A DNA stretch of 32,000 nucleotides from Escherichia coli (GCF_016889045.1 NZ_CP069447.1); one strand, 5' to 3'; shown: positions 14,362-23,810, numbered from the stretch's first letter. Program-made: numbers and translations. Notes: generated by a model not told the origin, from the letters alone.

Positions 14362-15287
14362 GTATTCGCATAATCCCGCAAGATGAGCTGGGTTCGAGCG
14401 AGAAACGTACGGCGGATATGATTCCGCCGTTATTGTTCCCTCGGCTCAAGAATTTATACAACCGCCGCGCCGAGCGTCTGCGCGAGCTGGCAGAAAATAA
14501 TCCGCTGGGTGATTACCTGCGCTTTGCTGCGCTTATCGCCCACGCCCAGGAAGTGGTGCTGTACGACCATCCGCTGGAGATGGATCTGACCACGCGCATT
14601 AAAGAAGCCAGCGCACAAGGCAAGCCCCCGCTGGATATTCACGTTCTGCCGCGTGATAAGCACTGGCAAAAGCTGCTGATGGCGCTGATTGCTGAGCTGA
14701 AACCTGAAATGAGCGGCCCGGCGCTGGCAGTGATTGAGAATCTGGAGAAGGCATCGACTCAGGAGCTGGAAGATATGGCCAGCGCACTGTTTGCCTCTGA
14801 TTTCTCGTCCGTCAGCAGCGATAAAGCGCCGTTTATCTGGGCTGCGCTGTCGCTCTACTGGGCGCAGATGGCTAATCTGATCCCCGGCAAAGCCCGCGCT
14901 GAATACGGCGAACAACGTCAATATTGCCCGGTATGTGGCTCTATGCCGGTGTCCAGCATGGTGCAAATTGGCACCACTCAGGGTCTGCGTTACCTGCACT
15001 GCAACCTGTGTGAAACTGAATGGCACGTAGTGCGCGTAAAATGCAGCAACTGTGAACAAAGCGGCAAACTGCATTACTGGTCGCTGGATGACGAACAGGC
15101 CGCGATTAAAGCCGAAAGCTGCGATGACTGCGGCACTTACCTGAAGATTCTTTATCAGGAAAAAGAACCGAAAGTTGAAGCCGTGGCAGATGACCTCGCC
15201 TCTCTGGTACTGGACGCGCGAATGGAGCAAGAAGGCTATGCCCGTAGTTCCATTAACCCGTTCCTGTTTCCGGGTGAAGGGGAGTAA
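14358..15287 (+). CDS. fdhE: Formate dehydrogenase accessory protein FdhE
   Basis: 309 aa with [22 protein letters not shown] and CDDCG Cys pairs. Confidence 0.96.
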   Translation: MSIRIIPQDELGSSEKRTADMIPPLLFPRLKNLYNRRAERLRELAENNPLGDYLRFAALIAHAQEVVLYDHPLEMDLTTRIKEASAQGKPPLDIHVLPRDKHWQKLLMALIAELKPEMSGPALAVIENLEKASTQELEDMASALFASDFSSVSSDKAPFIWAALSLYWAQMANLIPGKARAEYGEQRQYCPVCGSMPVSSMVQIGTTQGLRYLHCNLCETEWHVVRVKCSNCEQSGKLHYWSLDDEQAAIKAESCDDCGTYLKILYQEKEPKVEAVADDLASLVLDARMEQEGYARSSINPFLFPGEGE

Positions 15288-15502
15288 TCTCTGACGTTTT
15301 CCGGGTGGCGCTGGTCGCCCGGATTACAGCTCATAGGGTGTGACGACACCTGCTATTCCCGCAAAATCTCTCGTATTTCGCGAGGCGTTTTCCAGATATG
15401 ATGTAACAGTTGCAGTTATTATAAGTTCAAGTAAAACAGCCTTGTATTAATACCAGAATAAGGGCATCTGGTTTTTTATATTCATGAATAAAAAAACTTT
15501 TG

Positions 15503-15721
15503 TCATTCCTTATGCTGCTTACATAGTTCTTCAACACCAACTGCCTCGTCCCTTTGCCTGCCGCCTTTTGCCTTACGCACCGGAAATTGCTGCCGCTCCA
15601 GATATTGCTCTACCGCTTCGCGTAAAATTGCAGAGCGCGAAACCTTACGCCATCCCCGAAGCTTGTTCAGCCGTTTAATTGCCTCTTCTGATAAATGAAG
15701 AAAAACCGTATTCATCGCCAT
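15503..15721 (-). CDS. yiiE: CopG/ribbon-helix-helix-like putative transcriptional regulator
   Basis: MAMNTVFLHLSEEAIKRLNKLRGWRKVSRSAILREAVEQYLERQQFP...; start set at 15721 although the track frame opens at 15748. Symbol from memory; could be confused with yiiF. Confidence 0.7.
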   Translation of the reverse strand: MAMNTVFLHLSEEAIKRLNKLRGWRKVSRSAILREAVEQYLERQQFPVRKAKGGRQRDEAVGVEELCKQHKE

Positions 15722-15947
15722 TACCACCACCTTACATATATTACTCATTAATGTATGTGCGAAAATTACGCCGGAAAGTTAATTAACGAAAGCGGATTTT
15801 TTCATATTGTTTTGTTTTTGCGAGACGGCATCCAAAGATAATGTAACAGTTTCAGTTATTTCAATTGTTACTCAAAAATGGTTTATTACTTTTAATTAAG
15901 CGGGGGCACATCTACAGAAAAGAAACAACAAATAATAAGGATGAATT

Positions 15948-16064
15948 ATGGATGCTATAAATATTTTATATTCAAGAATATTTTTTGATTGGGTCTTCAT
16001 TTGCTTCATCAGGATGGTGTACCCGAAAAAGTCAGCAGCTTTACCGCACCAGGGTTTAAGGTGA
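15948..16064 (+). CDS. Candidate 38-aa hydrophobic small protein
   Basis: MDAINILYSRIFFDWVFICFIRMVYPKKSAALPHQGLR; AAGG at 15937-15940 seven nt before the ATG; followed by a hairpin at 16082-16108. No homologue recognised. Confidence 0.3.
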   Translation: MDAINILYSRIFFDWVFICFIRMVYPKKSAALPHQGLR

Positions 16065-16081
16065 AATCTACCATTCATAAC

Positions 16082-16111
16082 GACCGGTCAGTGCCGCACC
16101 AACCGGTCTTT
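16082..16111 (+). terminator. Intrinsic terminator-like hairpin
   Basis: GACCGGT (16082-16088) / ACCGGTC (16102-16108), nested GTGC-C-GCAC, then TTTAATT. Confidence 0.55.
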
Positions 16112-16116
16112 AATTG

Positions 16117-16395
16117 TTAGTAGTAGTAAATTTGTGGATAACAGTCCGGGAACCAGACGATTCCTTCCGGATCATCCCCCTGCATTACCCGATGACATTG
16201 GCGTCGATCATCTGCGCGACGGCGAAGCGTAGTATAGAGCCGCTTCCATTCATGATCGCCCGGTGTACTGTAGTTTACCCAACAATCCATTGAAGGGTGA
16301 CGCCATTTACCTGTAAGTGTTGGGATCCCTGAATGCTTATGCGGCTTCGCTTTACCATTACGATCCCTATCTTTACGCGTATTAAACGTGGACAT
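16117..16395 (-). CDS. Small basic protein of unknown function (92 aa)
   Basis: MSTFNTRKDRDRNGKAKPHKHSGIPTLTGKWRHPSMDCWVNYSTPGDHEWKRLYTTLRRRADDRRQ...; strong SD CAGGAG before the ATG on the minus strand. Confidence 0.6.
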   Translation of the reverse strand: MSTFNTRKDRDRNGKAKPHKHSGIPTLTGKWRHPSMDCWVNYSTPGDHEWKRLYTTLRRRADDRRQCHRVMQGDDPEGIVWFPDCYPQIYYY

Positions 16396-16456
16396 TTTTA
16401 GTCTCCTGTTAAGAGTTCTAAAAATGTGCTTCCTTAAAATAGTTCATCATTTTCCC

Positions 16457-16669
16457 TTAATTCGCATAGCGTGCTTTTGCACGAATTTCCGATACGCGGG
16501 GACCATTATGATAGCGTCGATGCCCACACATCCAACAAGAACAAATACAGGGAGTACGAAAGCAAATACCTGATGCTTTTTTGCTTCCATCGCCTGCAGT
16601 GCGATAACGACAGCGGATTTTTTTTAATCGCACCATATGATGGCGACGTTCAGCACGATTACGGGTCAT
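16457..16669 (-). CDS. Small basic protein with C-terminal CSCWMCG motif (70 aa)
   Basis: MTRNRAERRHHMVRLKKIRCRYRT...TPCICSCWMCGHRRYHNG...; SD TCAGGAG about 7 nt upstream of the ATG. Confidence 0.6.
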   Translation of the reverse strand: MTRNRAERRHHMVRLKKIRCRYRTAGDGSKKASGICFRTPCICSCWMCGHRRYHNGPRVSEIRAKARYAN

Positions 16670-16674
16670 AGCAA

Positions 16675-16715
16675 AACTCCTGAGCAGGCGGCACTATGCC
16701 GCTTTCATAGGAGTT
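16675..16715. other. Two-tier inverted repeat between antitoxin gene and the CSCWMCG ORF
   Basis: AACTCCT (16675-16681)/AGGAGTT (16709-16715) enclosing GCGGCA (16688-16693)/TGCCGC (16697-16702). Confidence 0.5.
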
Positions 16716-16753
16716 CTGAATGCTGGTGCTTTCTGTATGGCATAACCATGCCT

Positions 16754-17044
16754 CTAACGGTTAAGTGCTTGCAGCACATGTTGCGGATCATTGGCAATCG
16801 CTCGCAGCAAAGCCTTTGCAGGCCCGGTCGGTGAACGTCGCCCCTGCTCCCAGTTACGCAACGTGTCTACGCTTACGGAAATAAGATCGGCAAATTTAGA
16901 TTGTGACAACCCTGAAGCGCGGCGTATTTCTTTGATTTTCATAGCATCAACTTCAAAAGTCCGTGAAGGCTGTCGCGTTCCTTCAATAATTTCATTCATC
17001 TGGGCCATGCTGTGAGTCAACCGCTCAAAAAGTGCCTTATCCAT
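16754..17044 (-). CDS. HigA/NadS-like antitoxin, XRE HTH
   Basis: 96 aa; MKIKEIRRASGLSQSKFADLISVSVDTLRNWEQGRRSPTGPAKALLRAI, classical HTH-XRE; directly follows the toxin ORF. Confidence 0.85.
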   Translation of the reverse strand: MDKALFERLTHSMAQMNEIIEGTRQPSRTFEVDAMKIKEIRRASGLSQSKFADLISVSVDTLRNWEQGRRSPTGPAKALLRAIANDPQHVLQALNR

Positions 17045-17356
17045 TTACCACCTCGTATTTAACAACCGGAGCATTGCTTTTTCCTGGGGAGACAGATCAT
17101 CTTTAATACCCTTACGATAAATAAGCAGTAATCTGATCTCATAATGTTTAACCTGATGAAAGTAAATAACCCTGACACCAGCACGTTTCCCCTTTCCTCC
17201 TGAGACCCATCGAACCTTTCTTAACCCACCAGTTTCAGGTATTACCTCACCATAGTCAGGATTCAAGGCCAGGAAAAACTGAAAACGACTGAATTCATCG
17301 TCGTTCAGCAGTTTTTGAACATCTTCAGTAAAAATTTCCGTTTCGATGAAGAGCAT
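17045..17356 (-). CDS. RelE/HigB-family toxin
   Basis: 103 aa MLFIETEIFTEDVQKLLNDDEFSRFQFFLALNPDYGEVIPETGGLRKVRWVSGGKGKRAGVRVIYFHQ...LLLIYRKGIKDDLS; toxin-first order typical of HigBA. Confidence 0.85.
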   Translation of the reverse strand: MLFIETEIFTEDVQKLLNDDEFSRFQFFLALNPDYGEVIPETGGLRKVRWVSGGKGKRAGVRVIYFHQVKHYEIRLLLIYRKGIKDDLSPQEKAMLRLLNTRW

Positions 17357-17357
17357 A

Positions 17358-17385
17358 ATTATACGCCATTGGCTTAGAGTAACAA
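17358..17385 (-). promoter_or_regulatory. Putative sigma-70 promoter of the toxin-antitoxin operon
   Basis: Minus strand: TTGTTA (17385-17380), 16-bp spacer, perfect TATAAT (17363-17358), two nt before the annotated toxin ATG. Confidence 0.5.
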
Positions 17386-17393
17386 TCCTTTTT

Positions 17394-17410
17394 GTACGTC
17401 ATTGACGTAC
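17394..17410. promoter_or_regulatory. Palindromic operator candidate upstream of the TA operon
   Basis: GTACGTC-ATT-GACGTAC, perfect 7-bp arms, just upstream of the putative -35. Confidence 0.6.
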
Positions 17411-17573
17411 CATTGAAACCACTAGCTTACTGATAGTGCTCCAGCAAAACCACGTCTCTGCCGGGTTTGTCTTTACATTTGCGAGGCGCTTTCCAGATTT
17501 TTCACGCCCGTGAATTTCCCTGTATCCATCCAGCAAAAACGGGTGTATAAAACTGTACATTCATACAGCAAAA

Positions 17574-18494
17574 ATGAGTTCTACTATGGCACTGGAAAAA
17601 GGAATTGCAGAGTTAGTCGAAGAGTTTATCGCTGCGGGTCGCCCCTCATCGCGCCAACAAAGTATTACGCAGCGCAGAGAGGGCTATATCGCCAGCGCTG
17701 TCCTTGCGGGTGAGACAGAAACGCGGGTAGATATTCAGACTATCGAACTTGAAGGGATGACCTTACGAATAGTGTCACCGCTGAATGCCCCGACATTACT
17801 CCCGACGATAATTTATTACTACGGTGGCTGTTTTGTTAGCGGCGGGTTCGCAACTCACGACAACCAGCTGCGCCAGTTAGCCTATTACGGGCAATGTCGG
17901 ATTATTGCCGTCCAGTATCGGCTGGCACCGGAACATACTTTCCCCGCCGCCCATGATGATGCACAACGAGGTGCAGAATTAGTCCGGCAACACGCCGAAC
18001 GACTCGGCGTTGATAAACAACGAATAACTCTTGCCGGTGACAGTGCGGGCGGGCATCTGGCGCTGGTAACTGCTTTGCGATTGAAGCGTGCTGGCGAGTG
18101 GCAACCAGCACAACTCATCTTAATTTATCCTATGCTTGATGCGACTGGGCATTTCGAAAGCTACATACGCAATGGTCACGATTACATCATCACACGCGAC
18201 ACTTTACTGAGCGGCTTTGAGATGTACCTGCCAGGCATTGAACGCAGGCATCCTGAAGCCAGCCCTATTTGGCGCAATGATTTCAATGGCTTGCCACCTG
18301 TACATATCATTACCGCTGAATACGACCCACTTTGCGATGAAGGTGAAGCGTTGTATCACCGCATGACAGGGCAAGGAGTGCAATGCACCTGCCAACGCTA
18401 CCTTGGCGTTATCCACGGATTTTTTCAGTTAGGTGGTATCAGTGAGGCTGCGCGATCGGCGCTACGGGATGTTGCCTGGAGAGCGGGAAGGTAA
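17574..18494 (+). CDS. Alpha/beta hydrolase, HSL (hormone-sensitive lipase) family esterase
   Basis: 306 aa; YYYGGCF oxyanion region, GDSAGGH nucleophile elbow, DPLCDEGE, HGFFQL. Start may be 17586 (MALEKG). Confidence 0.85.
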   Translation: MSSTMALEKGIAELVEEFIAAGRPSSRQQSITQRREGYIASAVLAGETETRVDIQTIELEGMTLRIVSPLNAPTLLPTIIYYYGGCFVSGGFATHDNQLRQLAYYGQCRIIAVQYRLAPEHTFPAAHDDAQRGAELVRQHAERLGVDKQRITLAGDSAGGHLALVTALRLKRAGEWQPAQLILIYPMLDATGHFESYIRNGHDYIITRDTLLSGFEMYLPGIERRHPEASPIWRNDFNGLPPVHIITAEYDPLCDEGEALYHRMTGQGVQCTCQRYLGVIHGFFQLGGISEAARSALRDVAWRAGR

Positions 18495-18511
18495 CTCCGG
18501 ACCAGGGCCCA

Positions 18512-18540
18512 GAAAAGGTTTTCAGATTGAAAACCTTTTC
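18512..18540. terminator. Intrinsic terminator-like hairpin between convergent hydrolase and fabY/yiiD
   Basis: GAAAAGGTTTTC (18512-18523), AGATT, GAAAACCTTTTC (18529-18540); 12-bp perfect stem. Confidence 0.65.
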
Positions 18541-18557
18541 AGTCAAGTAAAACGCCC

Positions 18558-19547
18558 CTACTCTTCTTCGTTTCCGCCCTCTTCATACGGACCAAATGGC
18601 TTCGCGGGCAGAACGATATACGTGCCTTCAAACACTGCACCCGGCGTCTCGTCGCCAAAGATTTCTACTTGCATCTGCACCCGTGCTTTTCGTCCGCGCG
18701 CCAGACGGTCGAGATCGCCACTTAAGGCACCAAGGTCGGCTACCGCATGGGGTTTTCCGCTAATCGGTTTGCTATAGCGGATATGCGCATCCGCCAGAAT
18801 AATCGTTCCGCCGAGGTGGCGTTCGCGCAGCATCAGCCAGATAAGCCCCCAACCAGTGAGCGTTGCCAGCGAGAATAAACTCCCGGCAAACAGCGTGTGA
18901 TGCGGATTCTGATTGCCTGTTTCCGGCATGGTGGTGATAAATTTTTGCCCGGTATATTGCTGAATGCGCACGCCCATTTTTTCGCTTAGCGGGATATGTT
19001 CGTACCACGCCTGTTGCAGCTGCGCGCACCAGTCGCCGCGATGCAAAATATCATCCAGAGTGGCGACGGGTTTAATCATCAAAAAATGGCGAATCGGCGT
19101 GGTGGTTGGCGTGGTGATTTCACCCTGATTAACAAACCCCAGCTTGGCGAAAAACTCCACCGCGTCTTCACGGGCGCTACAGGTCACGCGCTTAACGCCT
19201 TCCTGACGTGCCACCGACTCCAGGGTCATCGCCATCAGCGTGCCTAACCCTTTGTCCTGCACGTCGGGATGAACGGCCATAAAGCGAATGGACGCTTCAT
19301 TGTCGGCATTAATATACAGTCGGCCTACCGCTACCAGATTACCCTGCTCGTCGACGACCATCTGGTGATGCGCCATCGCATCCCACGCGTCGCGTTCCGA
19401 ACCTTTTGGTTGATGCAGGGGCTTACGCAACATTTCCCAGCGAAACTGATAGTAACGCTCTAATTCTTCTTCTGTTTGTGGAACCCGAAGGTGATACATA
19501 GCGATACTCTCTCTTGTTTCCCGTGACAACCCTGGAAGCTGGCTCAT
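18558..19547 (-). CDS. fabY: FabY/YiiD: N-terminal GNAT acetyltransferase domain and C-terminal hotdog thioesterase-like domain
   Basis: [47 protein letters not shown]...; same as K-12 YiiD from memory. Confidence 0.92.
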
Positions 19548-19981
19548 ACCTGCAACCAGAATGTCACGGGGCCATCATTGACCAGCGATACCTGCATATC
19601 CGCAGCGAAGCGTCCTGTTTGCGTGTTCATCTCTTGCTGACGGCAGCGTTCGACGAAATAGTCATATAACGCCTCTGCGCGATCCGGTGATGCGCCTTTG
19701 GAGAAACTTGGGCGCATCCCCCGTTCGGTATCTGCGGCAAGGGTAAACTGGGAAACCACCAGTACACTGCCGCCCGCCTGTTGCACGTTGAGATTCATCT
19801 TGCCTTCGGCATCGCTAAAGATGCGGTAGCCGAGCACACGCTCGCACAGACGGTTTGCTTTCTGTTCGTCGTCATCCTTTTCGACACCCAATAACACCAA
19901 AAGTCCCGCGCCAATTTCACCCGTCACTTCTCCCTCCACGGTGACGCTGGCACGGGTTACGCGTTGAATTAATGCAATCAT
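19544..19981 (-). CDS. dtd: D-aminoacyl-tRNA deacylase
   Basis: 145 aa [37 protein letters not shown]... [16 protein letters not shown]. Confidence 0.96.
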
Positions 19982-20850
19982 GGTTCGTCGTCTTCTTCTT
20001 GTTCAGCAGCTTGTTTTAATTTGCGGTATTCCCCGAGAGTGACAGTAATTTCCGCGCCAAGCAAGACGATACACCATGTCCAGTAGACCCAAACAAAGAG
20101 AATGGGGATCACCGCCAGCACACCGTAAATGAGCTGATATGATGGGAACATGGTGATATAAAGCGCGAAACCTTTCTTTCCTGCTTCGAACAGGAGCGCG
20201 GCGACAAACGCGCCGACAATCGCGTCGCGGTTAGGTACACGGATGGTAGGAACGATGCTGTACAGCAGCCAGAAAGAGATCCACGACAACAGCAGCGGAA
20301 AAATACGCAACACATTATCGATGACAGTATTGAGATCGCTCGCCCAGCGCAGAGAGAGCAGATAGGAGCTGATCGCCAGACTGGCCCCTGCCAACAGCGG
20401 CCCCAGCGTTAAAATCATCCAGTACACGGCAAACGAGTAAATTTTGGGTCGCGCTCGTTTACTGCGCCAGATGGTATTCAACGCGCTATCGATGGAGTAC
20501 ATCAACAATAACGCCGTGACGATCAGCCCGCACGCCCCGACGGCGGTCATTTTGTTGGAATTGGCGACAAACTGTTCGATATATCGCTGGATAACATCGC
20601 CAGTAGCAGGCAGAAAGTTGGCAAAAATAAAGTGACGCAACTGAATGCTGACGTCGGAAAACATGGGAAAAGCGGCGAAAAGCGCAAAAACAACGGCAAC
20701 CAGCGGCACTAATGAGAGCAACGACACATAGGCAAGGTTACCTGCCAGGGTTGTCATGTTGTCCTCATCAATGCGTTGCCAGAGTAGTTTTAGCCAGGCC
20801 CATAGTGGACGGGTACGATGCCTGGCTTTGTCCTGAATGGTTTTTAGCAT
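19978..20850 (-). CDS. yihY: YihY/virulence factor BrkB family inner membrane protein
   Basis: 290 aa multi-[59 protein letters not shown]... Confidence 0.95.
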
Positions 20851-21443
20851 AACACCTTCGCGAAATAGTCCGGGATGGTGGTTTTATCTTTCACCAGAAT
20901 ACTAGTAATGCCTAGCCGATTAGCTCCTTCTATATTATCGGCGTTATCGTCGAAAAAGACCGTATCGCTGGGTGAAAAACCTTCTGCCTGCAAAACATGC
21001 TGATAAATTCGTGCTTCAGGTTTGCGCATACCCAAGTCTTGCGACAGATAGATATGGTCAGCAGCATCACGGATTTCCGGGTATTCCTCCGGCCAGAAGG
21101 TAGTATGCAGGCGGTTAGTATTGGAAAGCACCACCACGCGATGCCCCTGCTCACGCAGTTTATGCATGATGGCGATCACTTCCGGTCGTAGCGCAACAAA
21201 TACCGCCTGCCAACCGTGGGAGAACTGCTCATAGCTTAGCGGCAGGGCCATCTCATGACACAGTGCCTCTGCAAACGCTTCGTCGCTAATTTCCCCACGC
21301 TCATGCTGATGAAACGCCTCGCCCATGTGGAAACTCTTCTTAAGCGTAGCCAGTGGAACACGCGTTAAATCGCTCCAGGCTCCCAGCACACGGTTAAAGT
21401 CGATATCGACAATCACATTACCTAAATCAAAGATATAGAGCAT
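20844..21443 (-). CDS. yihX: HAD-family alpha-D-glucose-1-phosphate phosphatase
   Basis: [50 protein letters not shown]...; start taken at the MLYIFD Met (21443). Confidence 0.94.
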
Positions 21444-21533
21444 TTTTGCCTCCTTTCGCGCCACAAGAAATTAACTGTAGCGGGAAAGGATGGGTTTGGC
21501 TATGTGGCAATAAGGGTAATCTTGTGATGCTGA

Positions 21534-21572
21534 TTGCGAAAAAGCAGAGTAATTTCACTGGCTTTTTCGCAA
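21534..21572. terminator. Terminator-like hairpin at the 3' end of the accessory catabolic operon
   Basis: TTGCGAAAAAGC (21534-21545) / GCTTTTTCGCAA (21561-21572), 12-bp perfect stem, 12 nt past the epimerase stop. Confidence 0.6.
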
Positions 21573-21583
21573 TAGATGAATGG

Positions 21584-22471
21584 TTAAGATTCAGGTGTAA
21601 ATTGCCAACGAGTTTCGATGACCAGCGGCTTATCTGGTGTCACAAATTCCGGCGTTAGATTTATTGCGTTAGGTGCCTGAGTCAGCGGGTTAATACAGGT
21701 GGCATCGGGCTGTTTATCAAATACCACCAGACTGTTTGCAGAAGAGGTCATGGTCATCGCGAGTTTACCAGGCCACAGTAACTTAACCTTCACCCCGTCA
21801 TAAAAACCAAAACAGTCATCCCAGGGACCAACTTGAGGAGAGATACGATTTCCAGTTGGCAGTTCATCACTACCCGCTTCTTCTTGCCAGTCCGCATCAA
21901 AAAGCACCTGCAACGATTCTGTATTTTGCGGAGTCAGCTTTTTCGCAAACCACGGATGCCAGCCTGCGGAGGCCGGGAATGTATCGGCATATGAATGGAC
22001 TTCCAGTTGCAAAACCAGCGCATCGTTCTCCAGCAAAAAAGTCTGAATCACTTCCCCTTGCCAGGGCCACGGTGAAGCCAGGGGCATACGTAAAGTCAGG
22101 GAATCTGCTGTTTTGTCGATGATTTCCCACGTTGAGTAACAAGCCATACCATGCAACGCATGTGGTGGTTTATTGGCGGGTAAAGAATAACATTGCCCAC
22201 CAGCATTCAGCGTCGCATTCCCCAGTCGCCCTGCCCACGGCACCATTGGGAAACAGCCATACTGAAAAGCTCTGCGCTGCGGCTGCCATTGGCGTAATAC
22301 TTCAGAACCAAATGCCTTTAACGAGGTTATCCTGGCACCATCATGCGGATAAATCTGCAGGTGAATATTGCCTTTTTCCAGCATCACTAACTCTCCTACA
22401 GGCCCAGGCCATGGCGCGTCAAACGCCTGTTGTAGCGCCAGGTAATGCTCGTTTTTTCGTTCAGTTTTCAT
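21584..22471 (-). CDS. Aldose-1-epimerase-like protein (mutarotase family)
   Basis: LQIYPHDGARITSLKAFGSEVL, GCFPMVPWAGRL, HALHG, SAGWHPWF. Start taken at MKTERKNEHY (22471), overlapping the upstream transporter stop. Confidence 0.85.
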   Translation of the reverse strand: MKTERKNEHYLALQQAFDAPWPGPVGELVMLEKGNIHLQIYPHDGARITSLKAFGSEVLRQWQPQRRAFQYGCFPMVPWAGRLGNATLNAGGQCYSLPANKPPHALHGMACYSTWEIIDKTADSLTLRMPLASPWPWQGEVIQTFLLENDALVLQLEVHSYADTFPASAGWHPWFAKKLTPQNTESLQVLFDADWQEEAGSDELPTGNRISPQVGPWDDCFGFYDGVKVKLLWPGKLAMTMTSSANSLVVFDKQPDATCINPLTQAPNAINLTPEFVTPDKPLVIETRWQFTPES

Positions 22472-23810
22472 GAGATTGTTCCCTGATGTAGCGGTAAGAA
22501 GCGGTTTCTTGTTCATCGGTCGGCTCAATCAGCCAGACGCAAACAAAGGAAAGAACTGAGACAGCAAATAAAAACAGAGCGACATACCACGGTTTTCCTC
22601 CCCCTAGCGCCAGCAAACTTGAGGCGATAAGGGGGCTTAGTCCGCCAAGAATCGCGGAAAATTGATAAGCAAAAGAAAGGCCGGTATATCGTACTTTGGT
22701 ACCGAACATGCGGGTGAAAAGTGTTGGCTGCACGGCAAACATCATCGTCGGACCTAAGTTGTAGCCGAGGATCATACTGCACCAGATGATGAGCGTACTT
22801 TTGCTATCCAGTAATAAGAAGAAAGGAAACGCGAACAGGACACAAAATCCTGCTCCCGACAAATACAGACTTTTTTGACCTATACGATCTGATAACCATC
22901 CAACCAATGGACAACTGAAAATACCGATCGCCGAGGCAATCAACATACCCGTCAGGGGAATATCTCGCGACAATGCTAATTGGCTGGAAATATAGACAAT
23001 ACCAAAGGCGTTAATAATATTAGAGGAGACACTTTCCGCCAGCCTCGCACCCAGTGCCAATAAAATATTTCGTGGATGCTTTTTGAATAATTCAATCAAC
23101 GGAGGAACGGACTTTTCTTTATTATTCGTCGTTTTTTGCTTTTGAAAATCCAGCGTTTCTTCGGTATGCAGGCGGATAAACAGCCCAACGATCAACATCA
23201 CCGCAGAAAGCCAAAACGGAATGCGCCATCCCCAGGAGAGAAACTGCTCCGAAGTAAGAAAATGGTTACAGAGAGCAAAAATACCGGTTGCCAGCATAAT
23301 ACCCACAGACGCAGCCGTTTGCGGGAGTGAACCTAAAAATCCGCGTCGGGATTCGGGCGCTGATTCTATGGTCATCAATGCCGCTCCGCCGTACTCGCCA
23401 CCAAGACCAAAGCCCTGAATTAAACGTAGCACCATTAATATGAGCGGTGCCCAGATCCCAATTTCCTGATACGTCGGAATAAAACCAATCAAAAATGTGG
23501 AGCAACCGACAATAGCCAACGTCCAGATAAGCGTTATTTTTCGCCCTATTTTATCGCCAAAATGACCAAAGACGATGCCACCTAAAGGACGAGTCAGAAA
23601 ACCGACACCAAAGGTCGCAAAGGAAGCTATAAGACCTATAAAAGGATCGCTGTCTGGATAAAACAGCGGTGCAAATACCAGTCCTGCTGCCGTGCCAAAA
23701 ATAAAGAAGTCATACCATTCCATTAACGCGCCTGCGAAACTGCCCATAACGACACGTCTCATGGCTTTACCGGAAAGCCCTTCACGCGGTGCGGGTAACT
23801 TTTCAGACAT
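22461..23810 (-). CDS. MFS transporter, metabolite:H+ symporter (ShiA/ProP-like) subfamily
   Basis: 449 aa; GSFAGALMEWYDFFIFGTAAGLVFAPLFYP, LTRPLGGIVFGHFGDKIGRK, RLIQGFGLGGEYGGAALMTIE. Confidence 0.88.
   Translation of the reverse strand: MSEKLPAPREGLSGKAMRRVVMGSFAGALMEWYDFFIFGTAAGLVFAPLFYPDSDPFIGLIASFATFGVGFLTRPLGGIVFGHFGDKIGRKITLIWTLAIVGCSTFLIGFIPTYQEIGIWAPLILMVLRLIQGFGLGGEYGGAALMTIESAPESRRGFLGSLPQTAASVGIMLATGIFALCNHFLTSEQFLSWGWRIPFWLSAVMLIVGLFIRLHTEETLDFQKQKTTNNKEKSVPPLIELFKKHPRNILLALGARLAESVSSNIINAFGIVYISSQLALSRDIPLTGMLIASAIGIFSCPLVGWLSDRIGQKSLYLSGAGFCVLFAFPFFLLLDSKSTLIIWCSMILGYNLGPTMMFAVQPTLFTRMFGTKVRYTGLSFAYQFSAILGGLSPLIASSLLALGGGKPWYVALFLFAVSVLSFVCVWLIEPTDEQETASYRYIREQSHEN

Noticed and set aside
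14454-15230. 258-aa antisense ORF opposite fdhE
   Set aside because: fdhE on the plus strand has clear Cys-cluster motifs; the antisense product is low-complexity and shadow-like.
15484-15678. 64-aa plus-strand ORF opposite the CopG-like gene
   Set aside because: It overlaps antisense to a recognisable ribbon-helix-helix gene and has no recognisable family.
17510-17713. 67-aa ORF overlapping the start of the hydrolase
   Set aside because: Out of frame with a clear hydrolase ORF and no family resemblance.
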